A stretch of DNA of 63,844 nt, the filler included, from Neoconidiobolus thromboides FSU 785 (Eukaryota; Fungi; Entomophthoromycota): the NCBI GenBank assembly GCA_025603075.1. It is 5 parts of 5 records of this genome, joined end to end, with 100 filler letters (N's around TTAATTAATTAA, not from the genome) between each part and the next. Parts side by side here need not be neighbours in the genome. Positions count along the whole stretch, not along the records: positions 40,667 to 50,327 come from MU626657.1; positions 50,428 to 62,679 come from MU626635.1; 3 more parts are not named here. One strand, 5' to 3'. The translations under genes were made by a program, and so were the position numbers. The notes under the pieces were generated by a model. That model was not told where the DNA came from. It did not search any database and worked only from the letters and a program-made list of their open reading frames with translations. Shown here piece by piece: positions 49,208-61,744 of the stretch. Within the stretch, counting starts at the first letter, position 1; each line of letters begins with the position of its first letter.

Positions 49208-50327
49208 ATGAAAATAATACCATATAATTTTAATAAAGAAAGAGAGCGTAAGAAAGGATATAGTTCAAAAGCAAAAAGTAAACAGCTGAATGAAAGGATA
49301 CTAAGATTGGAGTCACAAGTACAAACAATATTTCAGTTTATAAAAGATTATGAGTTAACTTTAATCAATTCAAGCTCAAATGAAACACCAATATATTATT
49401 ATAAGAAACTTCAGTATATAAAAAACTATTTGGTTTGGGCTTGTAAGCAGTTGAACTCCAATAATGATTTTGATGGTTACAGTTGCACTAATCTTTTTTC
49501 AGCTTCTCAGTTTGATACGTATATAAAGCAAGTTGACTCAGTACTAAAGGACTATATTAAACTCAATTCGGACAAATTATTCAACTTAAGGAACAGAACA
49601 GGAAGAAGTGCTGAAGGAGTAGGAAATAAGGTAACAAGCGTAGATTATGGTAAATTTTTAGAGGATGGGATCCATGCACATCGATGCTTATTATTTGGAT
49701 CAGGTAATCAGTTTACAGAAAAAGAGTTAAGGGCTATACTAAAAAGCAGACAACCCAATTTTTTATCGTATACTATTTTAAGCACTTTTAGCTCATATGG
49801 AAATATATATCATGATCCAACTTTAATAGACATTTTTAATAAAACTCATAATGAGTCAACAAAGCTAATCTATCAAGCTTTAGATGATGTAAGTATTAAT
49901 ACTCTTAAGGCACTATTGTTACTAAGTAAAGTTGCATGCTTTGATTTTAATTGGGACTTGTTGAATCATATTTATCCAATAATATTAAGGATGGCTTATT
50001 CATTAGAGATTGATAAAGTGAATTTAAACACAGACTTAGAAAATAAAACGTTTGAAGAAGCAACATTAATAATACAAAAGTATAAAATATGGGAATCTAT
50101 AGTGATCTTTGCTACAACAAATCATTCTTTGTTTAAGCAGTTTCCATTAGGGAAACAGTTTGAACTCGAGTTACCTAACTTTAAGGTATTGAAACAAGTT
50201 TATCAAAAGTATCCGAATCCGTTCAATGCACTTACTAATCAAAAAGAACTTTCGTTCTCTTTTTGGACAAATTTAAATGAGGTATTTTTAATTCTGTCAA
50301 AACATATTCTGACTATCAAAGATGAAT
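49208..50327 (+). CDS. Fungal transcription-factor (MHR) protein, copy B, 3' end beyond contig
   Basis: Translation identical to copy A except WES/WEF and ATT/ATI. Confidence 0.7.
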
Positions 50328-50427
50328 NNNNNNNNNNNNNNNNNNNNNNNNNNNNNNNNNNNNNNNNNNNNTTAATTAATTAANNNNNNNNNNNNNNNNN
50401 NNNNNNNNNNNNNNNNNNNNNNNNNNN
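50328..50427. other. Artificial contig linker
   Basis: N-TTAATTAATTAA-N. Confidence 0.97.
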
Positions 50428-51025
50428 AGATAAATTGTGATGAAGCTGTAGATAGCTGTCTTGCTATTATATAAGGGAATTTGAATTCTAGAATAGGAAG
50501 ATGTCTATTTAATTATTATTATTATTATTAAATATATAGTCTCTTTATAAGTTTATGAAGTTATTTTATATAAAATTGGTTATACTATTAAAAAGTGATA
50601 AGATGGTAAATATCTAATAATTTAGCAAATTTGAGATTGATTGTTTATTGTTATTTATAATTAATGTATTATTTGAATTGCTTTAATATATTAAATTCAA
50701 CAGTCTAATGATATCTATCCAGATTATCATCATATTGTGTTTTATTATAATAAACTGTTATTTATATTATATTTTACTATAGTGTGTCAATTTTATAAAC
50801 AAATAAACAGATAAGAATAATATTTCTAAAGTATAATAAACTGAATGTTAATTTTTCATCAATTTTATAAAATTCATTTATTTATTGTTATTTTAAAAAT
50901 CTAACATTTGAAATCTAATTTGAAATTTGAAATTCAATTGAAACTAATTTTAAAAAATTCAGCTTTTATCTTTTCAATCTAATCAATTTCAAATAATCAT
51001 AAACAATTCTAACCCAAAACAATTA

Positions 51026-51904
51026 ATGATCAATTCAACTTTCTATAAGGAATTTAATTATGATATATTAAAAAAGGGTAAGCTAATTATACTATTGAAT
51101 CTGGTTATTATATAACTTACTTTGATTAGCTTTAACTCATGAAGATTTAAAACCATTATTATTAGAAAGTAATTTATTGATTGAATATTTAGAATGTCAA
51201 GAAATTGAATTAAGTAGTAAGTTTGGATGTGTAATAGGTAGCTTTTTAGTATTGTCTTATTATAAAAGTAAAACAAGGAATATCAATTACATTAGAACCA
51301 ACTGGTCAATACTTTAAAAATTTATTAAATTATAATCGAGACTGGGAAATATTTAATAAAGTTAAAACAATAAGTTTAAATTACTTAAATCAAAGTTGGT
51401 TGGTAAGAGAATAAGAAGGAAAGAGTAGAAGATGAGATGAATTAATTATTAATTTCTTTTTATTTAGTTTAATCAACAATATATTATTAAATCAGCAAAT
51501 TGTTTGAATAGTGAATTTAAGAAACATAAAGTAAGAGTTGTTATTTGATATCTTGTATTCATTTTCATTGATTTTTCTTTCGTAAAAGGATGGACAATAT
51601 CTACCTAAAGAATATCAATCAATCAATAATATAGCTATTTATATACCATTACAATTTATGAATAAAGTAATTTATATAGTTATTAGTAATAGATAATAAA
51701 TAAATAATATTAATCTTATTTTAGTGTAATGGAGGATTAAAGTTATATCCAAAATCAAGAAAAGAAATTGATATTGAATTAGAATTAGGAGATATATTAA
51801 TAATGAATAGTCAATTATATCATAGTTCTTACCCTAATTTATCTAAAAAGTATAGGTCTGCTTTTATGTTACAATTTAGTGATATAGAAATTAATATAAA
51901 ATAA
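51026..51904 (+). CDS. Phytanoyl-CoA dioxygenase (PhyH)-like Fe(II)/2OG oxygenase, multi-exon (not in ORF track)
   Basis: Spliced: GCVI|EP, WL|FNQQYIIK, FKKHK|DGQYL (HxD), NGGLKLYPKS, LGDILIMNSQLYHSSYPNLSKKYRSAF (distal His, Arg). Confidence 0.72.
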
Positions 51905-51980
51905 AATAAAAAATTAAACATTTTATTTTTATTTTTATTTTATTTTTATTTTTATTTCGCTTGTATACTCTTTCATTCCT

Positions 51981-54398
51981 TCATTTCTCTGGTAATCCCC
52001 AAGTACCAATAAGTTTCATTGCCGTATTTGGAGATTTTAAATGATCTAAATTTTTAATATGATGATCTTGATTTCTATGATTTAAACTGAATACAGTATT
52101 ATAAATACAATCCCATGGATCTTTACTGCCACCAAATTTTAATAAATTTTCTTTCAATATCTCTCCTGAGGTATTTAATTTATCAAGATTATTATGATTA
52201 AAACCTAATTGAAATAATTTATTAGCTAATACTCTTCCTAATAAATAAGAATAATAGGTAGCTGAATATGAAAATAAATGATTGAATTTAAAACTAAAAT
52301 TGGTACTTTCTACATACGGTGTTATTGAATATTGATTAATTATATTTTTTAATAATTCATTAGAATACCCAAAATTCAAGGAATTTTTATTAGTTATTGA
52401 ATGATAATTTTGATCGATTAAACTTAATATAATTTGATGTTGTGTATCAATTGTTTTAAATTGACTATGTTGTTGTTTATAATTAATAATTTGTTCTTTT
52501 TTAATACTTTCACCAGTTTGATAATCTTTTGCATATGAAGTGACATAATTTTCATTTAAGGCAAATGTTTCCATTAATATGGATGGTAATTCAACAAAAT
52601 CAATTTTACATCGTGTACCTAATAAAATTAAAATATTAAAAAATTAAAAAATTAATTATTATTATTTATTATTTAATTAAATTACCTGATACATTATGAT
52701 ATTCTGTTCTAGCTAACATTGAATGGATAGCATGTCCCATTTCATGAAATAAAGTTTCTACTTCATTAGGTTCAAGTAAAGATGGTTGACTATTATTATT
52801 ATTAGAAAAACAAGTAGAAATTACTACTACAGGTAATTGATATTTATTTCCATTCTCATATTCTACTACTGTATCTTCCAAAGGTAATAACAAATGTTTA
52901 AATTCCATTAAAGTATCATTCATCAAATCATTATCAATTCTCCTTGAACATTGAACAGTATAATGAGCAGCATGATTACTTTTATTTGGACGATAAAATA
53001 AATCCATATAAATTAAACCTATTTTTTGATTTTGTTGATTTTTTACTATTAATTTTCTTACATTAAGGTCCCATAATTCACCTTTATTAAGTTCATTAAC
53101 CACTTCAAAATAAATGCCATATAAATTAAATAATAAATCACTTAATCCTTGAATTACTGTCCCAATTGAGAAATATTGATTTAAATTAAGATGATTCTTA
53201 TTTTTAGTTAATAATTCATATTGATGAATATAATAGTTTTGATCCCATGCCATTAATGAATCTTTATTACCTTTCATTTTTTGCAAAAGTTGTACTTCTT
53301 TTAATAAGTTGGGTGTTAATTGAGTATTCAATTGATTTAAAAAATTGTTAATATTTGTTGGATTTAGGCCCATTTTATCTTCTAAATAAAATTCAGAAAA
53401 ACTAGAATACCCTAATAATTCTGCCAATTTTAATCTTGTTATTAATAAATTTTCCAATATATTTAACTGTTCTTCAGTCCCTGTATTGGATGCAATATAC
53501 ATTCTTTTTCTAATGTTCGGATTGTGAGCAGTCCTTAATAACATATTAGCATGTGAAGGAGAAGTAGATATTTGTTGTATAGGTTGACTATTAAACCACC
53601 AAGTTTCACAACCATCCAAATCCATTTTAGAAACAGTAATGGAACTTTCTGAAGGTTGATTATAACTCATAAACAACCTTCCTAGTTCATTGATATCATC
53701 ATTTAATTGAACAAATTTATTACGTTTAAAGTTATCTAAATGAATCCCACTCTTTTCAAAATCTTTTAAAAATAAAATACCTACTTGTTTCTCTTCTTCA
53801 GTAAATTTAGAAGCTAAATTCTGATCTTCTAATACTTTTTTTAACGCCTAATTAAAATAAAATTACTTAAATTCAATAAATTAAAAATCTCCTTTAAATA
53901 AAAACTTACTACATACAATCCAACTTTAGTATTTAATTGATTCATATAATTCACCATTCTTAAATAACAATTATTTGCTTTTTCCACCATTATTTTATTT
54001 GGATGATTGCATCTCACAAATTCTGCGAAATCAATAATACTACATAATAAGTCTGATAGTCTATCTACTCTTTTAATGATATTAATAGCATCCATTTCAT
54101 TATTAACGTTAACTATTTTATCCACTAAAACTTCAGCTTGTTGTATTACACTATTATACCAGATATCGAAACCGGAGGGGTCTAATAAGATTTGACGATT
54201 TAATACTCCACTGAGTGATCTAGGATTGATACGTGATTGCCATGCGGAATTATTGTTAAATACATGTTCAAGTTCTTGACGTTTGGGTTGGCTGTGCAGG
54301 GAGACATAATTTCTTAAATTGGTAATACTTGGTTGAATTACTCTAGATTGATATAATCGATTCTTAATATTATGAAGATGTTTAATGGATTTAAGCAT
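51981..54398 (-). CDS. OCT1: Mitochondrial intermediate peptidase (M3), multi-exon
   Basis: Mitochondrial presequence, DRLSDLLCSIIDFAEF, DLFYRPNKSNHAAHYTVQCSR, TLFHEMGHAIHSML, GYSATYYSY-like motif. Confidence 0.92.
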
Positions 54399-54578
54399 CT
54401 TTTACAATACAACTTATAAATTTTAAAATAAAAATAAAAAAAGGAACAAGTATTAAGTTGAGCATTTTATTATTTTTAATTATCATTCTTACTTATTATT
54501 CTTACCGTTTAATTTTCAACGATTAATTTTTCTTGATTTTTTAATGCTTCTTGAAAAGGCTAAAAAAATAATTTAAAC

Positions 54579-54649
54579 TGTCATTGGGGGGAATCGAACC
54601 CCCGCTATCGCGGCCACAACGCGGTGTACTACCACTATACTACAATGAC
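54579..54649 (-). tRNA. trnH: tRNA-His(GUG), nuclear
   Basis: Acceptor GTCATTG/CAATGAC, anticodon GTG, GGTTCGATTCC T-arm, downstream T-run terminator. Confidence 0.95.
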
Positions 54650-54815
54650 TTGTTAGTTGAAAATAGGAATATTAAATAAATATATATCATTTATAATTAA
54701 TAAATGCAGAGCTTATATGATATCCATTATTTCTATGCATTATTACCTTTGTTGAGCATTAGTTTAAAGATATATTTGTTTTGAAGTTGATACCCCAAGT
54801 TCCAAAATATTGATA

Positions 54816-54908
54816 TAGAGATATTTTTTTGGTTTCATCATTCTTTCGATTATTTAAGTGCTATTTGAGCAGAAAAATTATTAGTAAAATTCTTAAAAAA
54901 TACATCTA
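54816..54908 (-). mobile_element. MITE copy
   Basis: consensus match. Confidence 0.75.
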
Positions 54909-55346
54909 TATGCTGTTGAGGATTATAATTTGATAATTAACTTTACATGTTTGTTTTGTTTCTTGAATGGCAGTAAATGTAAACTAATAATTTTTGCAAC
55001 TTTTGTTAAACTTGACACAATAACTTTAAAACAATAGCACAAATTACTTTTGGTACTTAGTAGTATTTTATAGATACTTCTTATTTCATGATGTGAGATA
55101 GAGTACACTGAGATATTGTAAATAATTTAGATTAATCTAACAACCTAGCATAAAATCACTATTATTCAATTATAAGTAGGATTGCTAATCTCGAAACCAA
55201 ACAGATAGTGAAAAATAAGACAAGGAAATGAAAATAAAAATAAAGTGACTTTATTTATGAATAGCTATAAACTAATCAAAGATTCATATACCTTATATTG
55301 GCAAAAATAGTAATTTAAAAAAAATACAAGAACAAAAAAACTTCCA

Positions 55347-56414
55347 TTAATCCTTAGAATTATCGATCCCACCAGCTGTAATAGCAAATGTAGCTTCTGA
55401 TTCGGGTAAACATGGTGAATCATAAATCTTGCAAATTCGGTTTTCTCCTTTACCTTTTCTTAATGAAAGCCGAGTGGTTGATGCATGTGCAATAATATTA
55501 CCACCAATGGGTTTTTTATCTGGTCCACCAAACATGCCAGCTGCTGCATCAACATTAGCAACCATTTGATTGGTGATAACAACACCTATACCAAATTCGT
55601 CTGCAAACCTTTGTAAAGTCCTAAGGAATCGTGCAAGATGCATTTGACGAGTAGCCAATTCACCTCTACCAGTATAATCTGTACGATACAATGCAGTAGC
55701 TGAGTCTACTATCATAAGGGCATATCTCTCTTCAGACATCATTTTAGCAGCTTGAAGTAACAATGCTGTTTGATGATCAGTATTATGAGCTCTAGCATAA
55801 GAAACATTGGCTAAAGCAACTTGAGGGTCAAATGAAAATCTTTCAGCTACAGACTTTAACCTCTCTGGACGGAAGGTACCTTCAGTATCAATATATAAAC
55901 ACTTACCAAATGCACCACCCATATCTGCTGCCAACTGACAGGTTACTGCTATAGTATGACAAATTTGCGATTTTCCTGTACGAAACTCACCAAACAATTC
56001 AGTAATTGATCCTGTTTCAATACCTCCACCCAATAGCTTGTCCAAATCCGAAGAGCCAGTTGTTACTTTTAGAATTTCTTTACGTTTTGTGTATAAAGCT
56101 TCAGCAGTAGAAAAACCAAAATCTACCAAACCAGAGCTGACAATGGCTTCAAAAATTAAATCTATCTTGTTTTCAGATAAGCCTTTTACTTCGCATAAGG
56201 TCTTTTTTGGAGTAAACGCGACAGATTCGACGGTATAATAACCAGCATTATATAGTTTGCGAACATCTTCTGTTTTTATACCATAATCTTTTAACACTTG
56301 TATCGTTCTGTCAGTTCCTTTGTCTTTTTCTTCAACTACCAATTCTTCTTCTTCAGATTCCACTGCTCTTTGCTTAGGTTTTTGCTTTTCTCTGATGGCT
56401 GACCTTGATGCCAT
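55347..56414 (-). CDS. RAD51: DNA recombinase Rad51, intronless
   Basis: GEFRTGKSQ Walker A, LMIVDS Walker [11 protein letters not shown] (Rad51 rather than Dmc1), [13 protein letters not shown]. Confidence 0.96.
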   Translation of the reverse strand: MASRSAIREKQKPKQRAVESEEEELVVEEKDKGTDRTIQVLKDYGIKTEDVRKLYNAGYYTVESVAFTPKKTLCEVKGLSENKIDLIFEAIVSSGLVDFGFSTAEALYTKRKEILKVTTGSSDLDKLLGGGIETGSITELFGEFRTGKSQICHTIAVTCQLAADMGGAFGKCLYIDTEGTFRPERLKSVAERFSFDPQVALANVSYARAHNTDHQTALLLQAAKMMSEERYALMIVDSATALYRTDYTGRGELATRQMHLARFLRTLQRFADEFGIGVVITNQMVANVDAAAGMFGGPDKKPIGGNIIAHASTTRLSLRKGKGENRICKIYDSPCLPESEATFAITAGGIDNSKD

Positions 56415-59178
56415 TGAAATTGAATTTTAAAGTTTAAGCTATAAAAAAAGAAATTTTTTGACTCAAGTTTACGCCCTTTATTACTTTTTGGCTAATTTAT
56501 GCATTTGTTCCAAAATAGCAAATCTCTGATCTTAGATTAAAATTTCAACCAATAAGCGACCAATCGTGTTCAATTTTTATTATACGCAGCAAAACCAAGC
56601 CTCTTTTGTCTCTATTACACCAATATAACTGTTTCTATTGGTTAAGTTAAATTTGGTGACCATCGAGTTAGAAAATTATGAGAGCATAAATCGCGGTTTT
56701 TTGAAGATCATTAAGGTTTGTACTTAAAAATCATAACTGTGCTTATTACATTTCAAATATAGCAAGTTACGTTAATTAATTTATGGCCTAATTTCTTATT
56801 ATTTAACAATAGCTGTTTGAGTCTACTAGTAAATATTTGTAAGATTTGATTGTTTTTTTTAATATTTTTTCTGTTCCCTTGATTTTTCTTAAATTTCAAC
56901 GTTAGATGTGTTGTGGTTGTTACTAAATGTGTAATAAAAGTCTAGATTTAGTCTGGAAAGAGGTTAAGTACGGATAGCCCATTCATTCTATTGTTAATGA
57001 ACATAGTAAAGATAAGAGAAAAGCAACTGTAAATTAAAGAAACCAGGTTCAGGGTTTCTGTAACCCACGAGACTGAAGTTTAAAAGTAAGAAAACCAATG
57101 TCTTTAAATTATTTAATGGTGTTTTTTATTAATTTAATTGCGTTAGGGGTATATTGATTTAACAAAAAAAATCTAATGTAAATAAGATATGACTCGGTCT
57201 GTTTTACATTAATCGTCATATTTTTTTACCAAGTATAGGCAAAAATATGATGGCTAATATAAAATAGACTAAACAAATTGAATATATGTCATTATTACTT
57301 TGTTAACAGTGATAAGATTGTCCAAATCAAAGCAATAGCAAATCAACCTTAATTAGAGACTGAAATTAATATAGCAAAGCCATTACATATTTACTATAAT
57401 ATAAAATTAAATACAATATATTAGATAATTGCCATCCCAGTATTTCTTTCAAAATCTAACGAATCCCATATAAATCGTAATCAATAAAAACGAACTTAAA
57501 GTTTAATGTGCATTTAATAAATATAAAGTAAATAGTAATTCTATCACCTTATTTTAAAAAGAAATAAAAATGCAATGATCTAAAAATAAGTCAGATAGCT
57601 ACATTCAGCTCATAAACACCTTTTTCTAGTCCCTATGAAGCTGGACTTTTTATTACCACATAAAGTAACATCCGATTCATCTAAAAATTCAATCTTAAGT
57701 ATGACAATTTCCCCCAAAATAAGTTGGGTAATACGGTCCCCTTTTGGAGCTAATAATGCTTTATAATCATGATTAAACAATACTATATATACTTCTCTCT
57801 AAAAAGGAAAATGATTTTGAATCACTATTAAAACAGAAAGGAGCAATTACTCTATAGCCTATATCCATAATATCAGCCACAGTTCTAACCTCACAGTTGA
57901 CCAATAATCCAGAATGTAGGGGCAATTCTAATATAAGCACCATAGAGTGTCCTGGTAACTATACTTGTCTTTAATATCCCATGGCCATAGAGCTAACATG
58001 TTGACTTCATTATTATTTTTAATTATAATATATACAATCATTTGCCTATATAGACCATAGCCAGAAGCTAAGACAGAACCTCATCTTAGTACTTGAGCAC
58101 ATCAATTTAATTCCTTAATCAAAATTAACGAGTCTCTATTGATAGATCTGGTATTAGAATATTATAAAATAATTATTATAAAAAGTTATTGGAGTATGAA
58201 CCAATACTTATGCCTTGTGTTCCTTATCAATTGGGCTCGCTTCAGTAAACATGGTATTATTAGTAGTATAAAATGAGGAAGATTCAGAGATTGGGAACTA
58301 AATGAGGAATTTAGCTAATAGGAATTATTAATAAATAGCTATAAATCTATTTTGCATTTGAGCTTAATATTGAATATGACTAAAGTCGTTAAATTTTTGA
58401 GTTGATGGTTGAATTTGAGTAAAAAGGTTTTATTTTCAAAATCTTACATAGTTTCGTAGTTCTAATTTGGTGTTTTTTGACATTAATCGTTTGAGCACAA
58501 GCCCAAATTTAAAAAGATAGCCAATAAGCATAATTGTATATTCTTCCCTTTGTATTTAATTGATCTAAACGTTTCTAATTCTTTAATTTTCAAACTCAAA
58601 CGCGCTTTTTAGGAGCAGACAAGATGCTTTTTGATACATATACAATCTGATAAGTCATCAATAGCCATCTTTCCAACTCATAAAAAAGAAGCCATAAAAA
58701 ATTTACAAATTGTTTTCTAGTTGGAAATATTTTATATAAAATTCATTAGCGACTATTATACTAGTTTTTAACAGCTTCAATGTCTAAAGTTATATTTTAA
58801 ATTTTTCAGATAGCCTTTTTTAATATGCTGAGATCTATATAAAGTAAGACTTTTCTTAATGTGTTAAGTATGCAAGTAGGGAATTCATTTAGGGTTTAGT
58901 GTTTTAGCATATTCCTTTTGAACTTTGAATTTTATAACAAGATAGATCAGGTTTTTAAACTAAACATCAAAAATGTACAAAAAATGAGTATCAAAGACTT
59001 CGCTATTATAAGTTCAGCGCTTATTGTAGTTAATACTATAATGATGTTTTAATAAATGGATTAGAGTTAGCAAAATTTAACATCATCCATTATTTTAGTG
59101 CTATTGATATATAAATTAAATTAAGAATACTTTCTCTTCTCTTCCCTTATTAAAACAAAAATAAAACGTAATTTTATA

Positions 59179-60450
59179 TTTGAGAATCTAGGGAACGAAA
59201 TAACCAAACAAGTTTTATATCATTTCTCAGGTAAGTATAAACTTAATTTACCCTTTTATTGCAAAATATCGAACATGGTAATTGTACCGATATTATAGGA
59301 GGATATAACCACAGCCAAAGACTGCAAATGTAAGTAAATCTATAGCAACTTAAAGGAATATAGTGATAACATCAAATTATTGTACTAGAACTTCTTTTAA
59401 AGCACCCTGTGGTCAACAATCAATTTATTAAAGTAGCATTAAATTATATACCTTATTATCTAAGTATCTAAAATACAAAGATTGTCTTAATTGAATTCGA
59501 TTAATAGGTCTTTATTATAGAAGTTTATCTAGAAATATTTCAATTGATGAGCTTAGACTTGTAATGAAAGGTTCTATCAAAAAGATATTTCGGAATTTAA
59601 AATATTCGGAAATTGATGATTTAGAAAGCCAAGAGTATTATTGTTTCAAAAGGCCAATAATACCATATTTGCCATCAACTATCATCTCATTAATAATATA
59701 AAACGGTATTATTAAACCAGCTTTATGCCTAAGGATATTAATAAATAAGTTTCAGAACTCGAAAACACTTGAATTAGTCAGTGTTTTTGTTGATTTTAGT
59801 AGTTCTTATTCTAGATTTTTCTATGGAAGAAATATCAAAAGGATGTACGTGAATTTAAGCAATCACCCAAAATTTGGAGCACTTTATATTGAGGAAGAAA
59901 GTTTATTTAGAATCAACAGAGTACTAAAGATGAAAGGAATAACATTTAACGGTGTATCAGATTTAAGAAAACTAAGATTGTCAGAATCTAATCTATCTAA
60001 AACAACGATAAGCAAACAAAAATTCCCAAAATTAAATTAATTAAGTCTTACACATGCTATTTTTGTCCAGGAATTCATATCCCATATTTAATATAACTAC
60101 AGTTACTTATTTAAATCTATTTATGATAAAGCACTGGTTAATTGATAGAATAAGAGTTGATCATTTAAATCCACCAAAAAAGAGTATCGACCATTTTTAA
60201 TTGAAGAGATATATTCGAAATGTACCATAAAATATAGTAATATTAAGAATTTGAAATTTAGCTTTATAACACCACTTTTTTTACTTTTTATTTATTCTAT
60301 GCCCCAATTTATATAACCTTGAAATAGAGGAGTGTTCTTTTGAAAATGATACACCATTTTCAAAGCATCCGGTTGTAAGAGAATCAACTTTAACTAATGT
60401 AACATTTACTAATATTGAATCCCCAAATGCAGATGCTTTTATTAATTATA
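59179..60450 (+). pseudogene. F-box/LRR-like pseudogene, inverted paralog of 61745-62553
   Basis: FENLGNEITKQVLYHFSGKYKLNL..C....IVPIL*EDIT vs FENLERKMIKEVLYHLTDKDKFNLLICC...LILWGDIT; 3' end approximate. Confidence 0.7.
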
Positions 60451-60598
60451 TCTTATTATATTTTATTTTAAAAATATAAGATCTTTTAAACTTGTAAATT
60501 GTAGCAATTTGTTTCCAAAATACAAGCATGACCCTAGATTTTGTCTTTGTAAAAGTCGTTAATTTGTATCACGAGATAACCATATCCCATACTCTATA

Positions 60599-60699
60599 TG
60601 GGGACGTTTTTTTTGGCTTCATTACTTTTTCCACCTTTTAAGCGCTATTTGAGTGGAAAAATTGCTAGTAAAATTCTTAAATACAAAAACACATCCCCA
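60599..60699 (-). mobile_element. MITE copy
   Basis: consensus match, TA on both sides. Confidence 0.9.
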
Positions 60700-60766
60700 T
60701 ATCATATTAACAACAAAGATCTGTAGCTTATCAGAAAATAAAGTGGCATTATTGTAAATATATATA

Positions 60767-60865
60767 TGGGGATGTATTTTTTTGTTTAAGAATTTTACTA
60801 ACAATCTTTCCATTCAAATAGCACTTAAAAAATGGAAAAGTAATGAAATTAAAAAAATATTCCGA
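60767..60865 (+). mobile_element. MITE copy (inverted pair with 60599-60699)
   Basis: consensus match. Confidence 0.88.
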
Positions 60866-61480
60866 TATATGCTGTCGTTAAAAAAAATCGTCATAGTATA
60901 TTACATTTTAGTATAAATTTATTAAAGCTTTGGTAATACCCTAATATAACTTTCATATAATTTTATTTCTAATATATATTGTCAGTTGATAGAACAAAAT
61001 CGACTAATTTAAGAAAGAACAAACTTTATTTTTTATAATGAGATCATTATATATAGAAGATAAACTACGTATATATATATTATATATCAAAGGCTGTAAA
61101 ACGATTTTTATATAATGGCCGAATTATGCTCTTCCATATACTTCTTTAGATAACCATTTGGCTCTGAAATTTGAAATGACCTTATACTTTTATGATACTA
61201 AAATATGGCCAATTAAAATATTTAAATTTAAAGTATAACAAACGTTGAAAAATATATTAGTGATGCCATGATCTAATAGCAGCTCCTTTTTACAAACAAA
61301 AGACATTGACTCAAGGCTAAAATAACAGTCTAACATCTCAAGATTTTATAGCTTAAGACACAATGTATATACAAAATTGAAAGAATCATTTACTAAAGTA
61401 AAGTGTATAATTTCTAATGCTACTATATCGTAGCTCTTCTTGGGATAAATTTCTCTGATCAAAAATAAATAACCATAATA

Positions 61481-61580
61481 TGGGGATGTATTTTTGTATT
61501 TAAGAATTTTACTAACAGTTTTTCCACGTAAATAGCGCTTAAAAGATGGAAAAAGTAATGAAGCAAAAAAAACATCCTCA
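61481..61580 (+). mobile_element. MITE copy
   Basis: consensus match, TA on both sides. Confidence 0.9.
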
Positions 61581-61744
61581 TATATTGATAAATCTAAGCA
61601 AATAATCCTTGACATATTGAATACTGAATATAAATGTTTTGATGAGATGTTAGTACAGTAAGATATCTTTAATTGATTAATTTTGGAAATATTCCATTAT
61701 TTATGACTGTTTTGGATAATTTGGCTTATTTAATACTAATTCTC

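Noticed and set aside
55347-56414. Intronless RAD51 as a retrocopy or DMC1
   Set aside because: Several ordinary genes here are intronless, and the [10 protein letters not shown] signature is Rad51.
57000-58483. Coding-like hydrophobic fragments on the minus strand (e.g. LYGHGILKTSIVTRTLYGAYIRIAPTFWIIG)
   Set aside because: Could be a decayed membrane-protein gene, but I could not build a consistent spliced frame or recognise a family.
268-61580. CRISPR or REP-like interpretation of the ~100-bp repeats
   Set aside because: Dispersed, not regularly spaced, eukaryotic context, and TA duplication shows they are transposon-derived.
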